From assembly GCA_016281935.1 (NCBI GenBank), contig JAEEJN010000111.1:4742-68741 (forward strand): 64,000 bases of DNA. The letters are read 5' to 3'. Below the pieces are notes generated by a model, which made no database searches, was not told the origin of the DNA, and saw only the letters and a list, made by a program, of their open reading frames with translations. The position numbers and the translations under genes are program-made. Position 1 is the stretch's first letter. Every line of letters begins with the position of its first letter. Below, one piece after another: positions 57,616 to 64,000 of the stretch. The stretch is from Bacillota bacterium. GTDB taxonomy: Bacteria > Bacillota > Clostridia > Christensenellales > UMGS416.

Positions 57616-58355
57616 TGCTCGAAGCGAAAAACGTACATAAGGGATTCGACGGCATCGGCGTCCTGAAGGGCATCGACCTGCAGGTGAACAAGGGCGACGT
57701 CGTCGCGATCCTGGGCCCGAGCGGCTCCGGAAAGACGACCCTCTTGCGCTGCCTCAATTTCCTGGAGCGGGCGGATCAGGGCGAACTGATCTTCGACGGT
57801 GAGCATTTCGATCTGCATTCCGCGACGAACCGCGAGATCGCGAGGATCCGTACGAAGACGGCGTTCGTGTTCCAGAACTACAATCTGTTCCTGAACCAGA
57901 CCGTGCTGCAGAACGTGACCTTGGGTCTCGTGACCGGCGGGCACATGCACCGCTCGGAGGCCAACGACATTGCGATGGCGGCTCTGGAGCGCGTCGGCAT
58001 GGCCGACAAGATCCACAGCTATCCCAACATGCTTTCCGGCGGACAGCAGCAGCGCGTGGCCATCGCCCGCGGGCTCGCGTCCTCGCCTGAAATCATCTAC
58101 TTCGACGAGCCCACGAGCGCCCTGGACCCTGAGCTGATCGGGGAGGTCCTGTCCGTGATGCGGCAGCTGGCGGAGGAGGGAATGACGATGCTCGTCGTGA
58201 CCCATGAAATGGAATTCGCACGGAACGTGTCCAACAAGGTGGTCTTCATGGAAGGCGGATATATCATCGAGTCCGGACCGTCCAAGGAATTCTTCGAGCA
58301 TCCCAAAGAGGAGCGCTCCGCCCAGTTCATCAACACCATTCTGAATAAGGAATAA
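57612..58355 (+). CDS. amino-acid ABC transporter ATP-binding protein
   Basis: 247 aa with [17 protein letters not shown] and IIYFDEPTSALD. Confidence 0.93.
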   Translation: MMLEAKNVHKGFDGIGVLKGIDLQVNKGDVVAILGPSGSGKTTLLRCLNFLERADQGELIFDGEHFDLHSATNREIARIRTKTAFVFQNYNLFLNQTVLQNVTLGLVTGGHMHRSEANDIAMAALERVGMADKIHSYPNMLSGGQQQRVAIARGLASSPEIIYFDEPTSALDPELIGEVLSVMRQLAEEGMTMLVVTHEMEFARNVSNKVVFMEGGYIIESGPSKEFFEHPKEERSAQFINTILNKE

Positions 58356-58397
58356 AGCGGGTTAATGCCCGCTTTTTCGGAACAAGGAGGTTTTTCT

Positions 58398-59279
58398 ATG
58401 GCTGATACGAAAAAAGGCGATTCCATTGCGATCGCACGGGCTTATCTGGATTCTCTCTGCGTAGAAGGCCGGATCATCGGGGCAGTCCATCCGTCGTCGA
58501 AAGTCACGCTGTTCGGCACGGAAACGGAGACGCCGATCATGACGGCAGCGCTGAGCCACCTGAAGGGCGGCATGGCGGGGTTCGCCCGCGGTGCGAAAGA
58601 CGCAGGCGCCATCGCCTGCATCGGCATGGGCTCGAACGAAGCTCTGGGCGAGATCCTGGAAACGGGAGCCAAGGTCGTGAAGATCATCAAACCCTATGCG
58701 GATCCGAACGAGATCTACAGCCGCATCGAATTCGCCGAAGCGCACGGCGCTCTGGCGGTCGGCATGGACGTAGAGCATTCCGTGAACGTCCGGGACGACG
58801 CCGATTCCGTCGTTATGGGCGAAGCGATGAAGCTGCCGACGCTGGATGAGCTGCGTGCCTACATCCGTTCCACGAAGCTTCCCTTTGTCGTCAAGGGTGC
58901 ACTTTCCGTACAGGATGCGCTGCGCTGCGCCGATCTGGGCGCCGCAGGTATCATTCTTTCCCACCACAATTCCCTGATGCACTGGGCCGTGCCCCCGGCC
59001 GCGCTTCTGCCGGAGATCCGCGCCGCGCTGGAGGACAGCAGTTTCACCCTGATTGCCGACGGCGGTTTTGCGGACGGATACGATGCTTTCAAGGCGCTTG
59101 CGCTCGGAGCGGACGCCGTGTCTGTCGGACGTGCTCTCATGGAACCTTATGAGGAAAAAGGCGCCGAAGGCGTGGCTGAAAAGATCCGGGAGATCACGGG
59201 AGAGGTCAAAGCGATGCTCGTCCGTACCGGATCGCCCGATCCCGCTCATATCGATCCGGAAGTGATCTGGCGGATGTAA
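58398..59279 (+). CDS. FMN-dependent alpha-hydroxy-acid-oxidase-like TIM-barrel protein (short, atypical active-site region)
   Basis: Start at the ATG at 58398 (SD AAGGAGG), ~293 aa. VVKGA, ADGGF and LGADAVSVGR blocks as in the FMN_dh family, but the GIILSHHNSLMHW region replaces the canonical GI(V/I)xSNHGGRQLD. Confidence 0.65.
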   Translation: MADTKKGDSIAIARAYLDSLCVEGRIIGAVHPSSKVTLFGTETETPIMTAALSHLKGGMAGFARGAKDAGAIACIGMGSNEALGEILETGAKVVKIIKPYADPNEIYSRIEFAEAHGALAVGMDVEHSVNVRDDADSVVMGEAMKLPTLDELRAYIRSTKLPFVVKGALSVQDALRCADLGAAGIILSHHNSLMHWAVPPAALLPEIRAALEDSSFTLIADGGFADGYDAFKALALGADAVSVGRALMEPYEEKGAEGVAEKIREITGEVKAMLVRTGSPDPAHIDPEVIWRM

Positions 59280-59300
59280 ACACCATAGACCGCAGTCATG

Positions 59301-59337
59301 AAAGACCTGCCTTCACGCATGAAGGCAGGCCTTTCCT
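59301..59337 (+). terminator. rho-independent terminator
   Basis: AAAGACCTGCCTTCA-CGCA-TGAAGGCAGGCCTTT (one mismatch) followed by a T-rich tract. Confidence 0.7.
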
Positions 59338-59354
59338 TATGGCTCGCAAATAAG

Positions 59355-59378
59355 AAAAGCGGACGTGAGTCCGCTTTT
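59355..59378 (-). terminator. rho-independent terminator after galE
   Basis: AAAAGCGGAC-GTGA-GTCCGCTTTT; on the minus strand it is followed by TTTTCTTATTT. Confidence 0.8.
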
Positions 59379-59386
59379 GTCCTGAA

Positions 59387-60388
59387 TCAGTATCCCAGCA
59401 CTTTTTTGCGTTCGCTGAGGGACCAGCGCAGGGCGTCCCGAATGCCGTCCTCGATGGAGAGCTCGGCTTTCCATCCGAGAAGATCCCGGGCGCGCGTGCA
59501 GTTCGCATAAGCGCCAGCAACGTCGCCGGGACGGGGATCGGTCTCGATCTTGTTCAGAGGTTTGCCCCAGACTTTTTCGAAGGCGGCGACCAGTTCCTTG
59601 ACCGTGACGCCGTTTCCGGTACCCAGGTTGATGGGAAGATACCGGGCGTTCATTTTTTCCATTGCCTCGTCGAAATGGTTCAAGGCGCAGACGTGGGCCC
59701 GAGCCAGATCCCAGACGTGCAGATAGTCACGGATGCCGGATCCGTCCCTCGTAGGCCAGTTCACACCGGTGATGGAGAACGTTTCCCCGGAATCGGCGCA
59801 GGTGACGAGTTTGCCTACGATGTGGGTGGGAGCAGGATCATAGGCGCCCGTGCGCATGCCGGGATCCGCTCCGATGGGATTGAAGTAGCGGAGCGCCAGA
59901 CCGCGGAGATCCGTCGCCGCGCAGACATCCTGCAGGATCATCTCCATCATGTATTTGGTACGGGCATAAGGGCTGATGGGGCCCAGCGGGCTGTCTTCCG
60001 TGACCAGGTACTCCTTCGCGTTGCCGTAGATGGAAGCGGAGGAAGAAAAGATCACGCGCCTGCAGCCCAGTTCGTTCAGGATCCGGAAGAGTTCCAACGA
60101 TTTGGCTACGTTCTCATGATAATACAGATAGGGGAAAGCCACGGATTCAGGAACCACGATCCTCGCCGCAAAGTGAAGGCAGGCTTCGATGCCGGGATTC
60201 TCGGCAAAGATCTTTTCGATCAGCGCCTGATCCGCGATATCACCCTGATAAAAGGGGAAACCTTCTACGAATTCCCTGCGTCCGTTGACGAGAGAATCCA
60301 GGATGACGGGCTCGTGACCCGCCTGGCGAAGCGCCGTACAGGTCGTGGAACCGATATAGCCGGCACCGCCGGTGACAAGTACTTTCAT
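59387..60388 (-). CDS. galE: UDP-glucose 4-epimerase
   Basis: Start MKVLVTGGAGYIGS at 60388. SPYARTKYM (YxxxK). Confidence 0.93.
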   Translation of the reverse strand: MKVLVTGGAGYIGSTTCTALRQAGHEPVILDSLVNGRREFVEGFPFYQGDIADQALIEKIFAENPGIEACLHFAARIVVPESVAFPYLYYHENVAKSLELFRILNELGCRRVIFSSSASIYGNAKEYLVTEDSPLGPISPYARTKYMMEMILQDVCAATDLRGLALRYFNPIGADPGMRTGAYDPAPTHIVGKLVTCADSGETFSITGVNWPTRDGSGIRDYLHVWDLARAHVCALNHFDEAMEKMNARYLPINLGTGNGVTVKELVAAFEKVWGKPLNKIETDPRPGDVAGAYANCTRARDLLGWKAELSIEDGIRDALRWSLSERKKVLGY

Positions 60389-60464
60389 GGGAAGCACCCC
60401 CTTGTATATACGTTCGTTCCACCTTTCATTTTACAGGATGGGCATGCTTTTTGTAAAGCAAAAA

Positions 60465-60490
60465 TAGCGCCCCGGAGGACCGGGGCGCTA
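60465..60490 (-). terminator. rho-independent terminator
   Basis: TAGCGCCCCGG-AGGA-CCGGGGCGCTA; on the minus strand it is followed by TTTTTGCTTT. Confidence 0.8.
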
Positions 60491-60519
60491 GGGTTTATGC
60501 AGTCGTCGGAACCGCTTTG

Positions 60520-61695
60520 TCACAGCATGCAGCCGTATACGGCGGAACGGACTCTGTGATGATGATACAGTTCTTCGTTGGGGCTCATATTGTGCATGTA
60601 GGCGACCGAGAAACGATCCACGGGATCGGCTTCGACCCAGATCCCGGATCCGCCCGTCCATCCGAAAGCTCCCAGATGCCCGTTGTGTCCGTATTTGCGT
60701 GTCATGAGTGTGCGGAAACCAAGCCCGTAACCATAACCGGCCAGGTAATCGTTCTCGAAGTCCTTCAGCTGCTCTTCCGTCAGCTGATTGGTGTGGAGCA
60801 TCTCCACAGTGCCTTCTCCGAGGAGCTTTCTCCCCCTGTAGACGCCGCCGTTGGCCAGCATCTGCATGAAGACTGCAAAATCGTGTGCGGAAGTGATGAG
60901 GTTCGGACGAGCCCCGGCAGGCGTTTTGGCGGGATCCATCGACGCGTCGAAAAGATCCGGAGAGGGAGAGAAGGATCCGTCCGGCAGTTTCCGGTACGAA
61001 GTGACGACACGGTCTCTGTTTTCATCGGTGATGAAGGTATCGGTATCCTCGAGCTCCAGAGGTTCGATGATCCGTTCACGGAAGACTTCCCGAAGCGGTT
61101 TCCCGGTCCACGTCTCCACAAGGACGCCCGTGATCTCGCTGCCGAATCCGTAGAGCCAGTGGCTTCCCGGCTCGAACATGACGGGGACGTCGGCCATGGC
61201 CCGGACTTCTTCGCGCAGGGTCGGCGTTCCCTTTTCCAGGAGCACGGCCATCCTCTCGCTCATGAGCGCGAGCGTCGGGTTCGAAGTTCCCTTGACGGGG
61301 AACATGCAGTAGGGCAGGCCGCACATCATGGCGACGGCGTTCCGTACGGTGATCGGATGATCGACAGGCACGGCTTCGACGGAACCGTTGGATCTGCGGA
61401 CGAACTTCCGTGTGTTCTTCCATTCCGGCAGATAGGTCTCCAGAGGATCGGAGAAGAGGAATTTTCCTTCCTCATAGAGCATGCCTACGATCGCGTAGGT
61501 GAACAGTTTGGTCGTGGATGCCTGACGGAACATAGAGTGCGGTGTCACGGGTTTTCCCGTTTCGATGTTCGCATAGCCTGCTGTGCCTTCATAGATCGCT
61601 TCGTCCCCCTGGAACACGGAAAGGGAACAGCCCGGGACGCTTCGGTCTGCGAATTCCTTCAGCAGTGCGTCCAGTCTGGAAAAATCTCTGCTCAT
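60520..61695 (-). CDS. serine hydrolase, beta-lactamase/esterase (class C-like) family
   Basis: 391 aa with an SxxK motif, FRQASTTKLF. SD AGGAGG. Confidence 0.85.
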   Translation of the reverse strand: MSRDFSRLDALLKEFADRSVPGCSLSVFQGDEAIYEGTAGYANIETGKPVTPHSMFRQASTTKLFTYAIVGMLYEEGKFLFSDPLETYLPEWKNTRKFVRRSNGSVEAVPVDHPITVRNAVAMMCGLPYCMFPVKGTSNPTLALMSERMAVLLEKGTPTLREEVRAMADVPVMFEPGSHWLYGFGSEITGVLVETWTGKPLREVFRERIIEPLELEDTDTFITDENRDRVVTSYRKLPDGSFSPSPDLFDASMDPAKTPAGARPNLITSAHDFAVFMQMLANGGVYRGRKLLGEGTVEMLHTNQLTEEQLKDFENDYLAGYGYGLGFRTLMTRKYGHNGHLGAFGWTGGSGIWVEADPVDRFSVAYMHNMSPNEELYHHHRVRSAVYGCML

Positions 61696-61704
61696 GGCAA
61701 CCTC

Positions 61705-62844
61705 CTAACGAAACAGTCTGGTGAGGAAGACGCGGATCGCTCTGCGCCATACGGTCCATTCGTGGAAACCGGGACAGGTAAAGCCTTCGGCGGGCACGCC
61801 GTTCTTTTTCAGGAACTCAAGGTTCTCCTCCACCTGGGGGAGCAGCCTCGTTTCGTCCAGTCCTGCGCTCATAAAGAACAGTTTCGTGCCGCTTCTGAAC
61901 GCGTCGCTGTGCTCGATGACGTCTCTGCAGTGCACCCAACCGTACCAGCGGTCGTTGAAGGATCCGGAAAGCATGCCCGTATAGGCGAAAAGCCCCGGAT
62001 GGGCGCAGGAGACGAGTGCGCTGTGATAGGAACCCATGGAAAGACCTGCGACGGCTCTGGAGGATCCGTCGGGAACCGTGCGGTATCGTGAATCGATCAG
62101 GGGGATGAGGTCCCGGGTCAGAAGGGAATCGTAATCGCCTGCCAGGAATTCTTCCGGTTCGTCATAGTTCAGATCGTACAGACAGGGCATGACGATGATG
62201 AGTTCCTCGGCTTTTTCCTCCGCGAAGAGGTTGTCGGCGATATAGTTGATCTTTCCCTGCCAGAGCCATCCGGTCTCGTTTTCTCCGCCGCCGTGGTGGA
62301 GATAGAGCACGGGATACCGGCGTTCCGGATCCTGTCCGTAGGAAGGCGGGGTATAGATCCAGGCGTTGTGCCACTGCCCGGTATGGGAGGAACGGAAGAC
62401 CTCCATATGGACGGATCCGTGCGGAACGTCCTTCATGAGATAACTGTCGTCATCCGGATCGGGCACTTCCACGAAATTGATGCTCTCGTGACAGCCGTAG
62501 GCGATGGGCGCCTGGGCATTCACGGCAGGGCTCCCGTCTACGAAGAAGCGGACGTAATGAAAACCGGGAGGCAGCTGGATCGTGACGCTCCAGGTCCCGT
62601 TTCCGTCTCTGGAAAGAGGGACACGCTCGTTGGAAAAGCCGCCTCCGTTGCCGGCGACTTCCACTCTGCCCGCGTCAGGGGCGATATACCGGAACGTGAC
62701 GTTTCCGCTGCAGTCCGCTTCCGCACCGGGAAGGGATTGGACGTGATGCGGTCCTCCGCCTCCTGCAAGAGTCATCTGCATGTAGGCGGGATGGAAGAAC
62801 AGACCGAAGGATTCGTAAGCTGCATTCAAAGGTTTGCCGTTCAA
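61705..62844 (-). CDS. CE1-type esterase with an N-terminal Ig-like/CBM48-like domain
   Basis: TTG start with SD AGGAGG. The N-terminus (VTFRYIAPDAGRVEVAG...DGNGTWSVTI) is E-set-like. YLHHGGGENE and GLSMGS nucleophile elbow. Confidence 0.8.
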   Translation of the reverse strand: MNGKPLNAAYESFGLFFHPAYMQMTLAGGGGPHHVQSLPGAEADCSGNVTFRYIAPDAGRVEVAGNGGGFSNERVPLSRDGNGTWSVTIQLPPGFHYVRFFVDGSPAVNAQAPIAYGCHESINFVEVPDPDDDSYLMKDVPHGSVHMEVFRSSHTGQWHNAWIYTPPSYGQDPERRYPVLYLHHGGGENETGWLWQGKINYIADNLFAEEKAEELIIVMPCLYDLNYDEPEEFLAGDYDSLLTRDLIPLIDSRYRTVPDGSSRAVAGLSMGSYHSALVSCAHPGLFAYTGMLSGSFNDRWYGWVHCRDVIEHSDAFRSGTKLFFMSAGLDETRLLPQVEENLEFLKKNGVPAEGFTCPGFHEWTVWRRAIRVFLTRLFR

Positions 62845-62950
62845 AGAAAGACCTCCTTTTCATTCGGATGGGTATTCAATTCGGGGAAGAGGACCTGTCA
62901 TCCTTTCCCGATGGCCGAGAACGCGCAGGATCTGCGCATAAAACGCAAAA

Positions 62951-62982
62951 AAAGACCTTCACGGATTTCCATGAAGGTCTTT
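62951..62982 (-). terminator. rho-independent terminator
   Basis: AAAGACCTTCA-loop-TGAAGGTCTTT; on the minus strand it is followed by TTTTTTTGCGTTTT. Confidence 0.8.
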
Positions 62983-62989
62983 GCGGGCA

Positions 62990-64000
62990 TCAGAACACGC
63001 GGAGTCCCTGACGTACCAGTTCTTTCTGCAGTTTCGGGATATCGACATCTCTGACGGCGACATCCTGCCGGATGGATAAAGCGCAGGCGGCACCGGCGGC
63101 CTGTCCCGTGACCATGCAGAAGTCCATCTGCCGGGTCGTGGGCACCGCGGAACGTTCGCCCGAGATGCAGCGGCCGGCGGCCAGAAGGTTTTCCACGCCC
63201 TGCGGAACGAGGATACGGTAAGGCACCTGGAAATAGGCGTCCGTGAAGGGGATCTCCTTGACGCCCTCGCCGTCGGCATAGACCGGGAAGATGCCGATCG
63301 TGTCCTCGAAACGGCCCCGTTCGTAGATGTCTTTCGTCGTGAGCGTATAGCCGCCCACGATCCGTCTCGTTTCACGGATACCGACGGACGTCACGAAGTT
63401 GCGCAGTTTGGCGTTCTCGAATCCTTCGCCGTAGAGACGGAGGCGTCTCAGGACTTCCAGTGCTTCCTTGCGGAGCCGGATCTCGCTTCGGGTCAGGGAA
63501 AGAACGTCCGTGCCGTCGATCTCCTTGTCATAGGTCGCGAGGTTGATGTTGATCTCGTCCGGTTCGATGCAGGTGTAGAACATCGTGTTGGCGGAATAGC
63601 GAAGAGGAGGTTCGCCTGCTTCTTCGGCCGCCTTGAAGGGTTCATACAGCAGTTTGTGCGTGTAGGGATGACGGGATTCCGGATCCCTGTCCATGACTTC
63701 CTCGATCTTGTCGATGTCGACGTTGTTCAGGAAGAACTTGAGGGTTCCGCCCTGGAGCCTTCCCGTCACGGGATCGCCCTTGAGGGTCGGCGCACCGGAG
63801 CGTGCGATGAGGTCGGCGTCACCCGTTGAATCCACGACACGTTTGGCGAGGATGGCACAGCGGCCGGACTTGGATTCCGTGATGACTCCGCGCACGACGT
63901 TTCCTTCCATATAGGGAGTCACGCCCATGCAGTGATACAGCGGGGTCACGCCGTTGTCGGCCATATAGTCGTCCGCCATGACTTTATAGATCTCGGTGTC
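62990..64000 (-). CDS. FAD-dependent oxidoreductase family protein, 5'-truncated by window end
   Basis: The frame is open to the window edge. C-terminal AAGRCISGERS...VTGQAAGAACALS block is shared with the ORF at 18951-20123. The N-terminal FAD-binding motif must lie outside the window. Confidence 0.75.
   Translation of the reverse strand, partial: DTEIYKVMADDYMADNGVTPLYHCMGVTPYMEGNVVRGVITESKSGRCAILAKRVVDSTGDADLIARSGAPTLKGDPVTGRLQGGTLKFFLNNVDIDKIEEVMDRDPESRHPYTHKLLYEPFKAAEEAGEPPLRYSANTMFYTCIEPDEININLATYDKEIDGTDVLSLTRSEIRLRKEALEVLRRLRLYGEGFENAKLRNFVTSVGIRETRRIVGGYTLTTKDIYERGRFEDTIGIFPVYADGEGVKEIPFTDAYFQVPYRILVPQGVENLLAAGRCISGERSAVPTTRQMDFCMVTGQAAGAACALSIRQDVAVRDVDIPKLQKELVRQGLRVF

Noticed and set aside
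851-62844. The scattered fibre-degrading genes (GH3, GH51, three or four esterases) as a polysaccharide utilisation locus.
   Set aside because: The genes are dispersed over 60 kb among unrelated housekeeping operons, with no associated sugar transporter or regulator cluster. This reflects the organism's lifestyle rather than a discrete system.
59301-62982. Similar-looking hairpins (GACCTGCCTTCA…TGAAGGCAGG at 59301-59337 and AGACCTTCA…TGAAGGTCT at 62951-62982) as a possible REP/MITE-like repeat family.
   Set aside because: There are only two copies with short shared cores. Both are well explained as ordinary intrinsic terminators at gene ends, and no flanking direct repeats are present.
1-64000. 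Search for CRISPR arrays, tRNA/rRNA/tmRNA/RNase P, transposases, integrases, prophage genes and toxin-antitoxin pairs.
   Set aside because: I saw no regularly spaced direct repeats, no tRNA T-arm (GGTTCGAATCC-type) contexts outside CDSs, and no ORF with recombinase, transposase or phage signatures. This was a by-eye scan, so very small elements could have been missed.

Overview
High-GC, Clostridia-like (Firmicutes) chromosomal segment that is almost entirely core housekeeping DNA. It spans the replication origin: DnaA-box clusters flank dnaA-dnaN at about 15.7-17.8 kb. A parS cluster with a parA-parB operon lies at 21.4-25.1 kb. A compact dcw cell-division/cell-wall cluster runs from mraZ to ftsZ (29.5-42.2 kb). 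Other core units are a polA-coaE operon, an ECF sigma/anti-sigma pair, pgk-tpiA, apt, a potABCD polyamine transporter with an XRE-cupin regulator, and an amino-acid ABC transporter. Scattered plant-fibre enzymes are also present (GH3, GH51 arabinofuranosidase, several CE1-type esterases). I found no tRNA/rRNA genes, CRISPR arrays, transposases, integrases, or a recognisable defence or biosynthetic island, and I cannot point to a convincing novel multi-gene system. The observations most worth a second look are: (1) the dcw-encoded class B PBP has its SxxK and KTG transpeptidase motifs replaced (TSFG, LPG) while the rest of the protein, including two PASTA domains, is intact; (2) three parS-type palindromes are packed into the parA promoter region, one split by a 3-bp insert; (3) an unknown membrane-anchored protein and CvpA are translationally coupled to parB; (4) a NUDIX-cinnamoyl esterase fusion; (5) an anti-sigma factor with a duplicated acidic ectodomain and a sorting-signal-like C-terminus; (6) an oriC with non-canonical flanks, including a lower-GC FAD-oxidoreductase gene coupled to dnaN. 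All calls come from reading the supplied translations and DNA by eye. No database searches were run.
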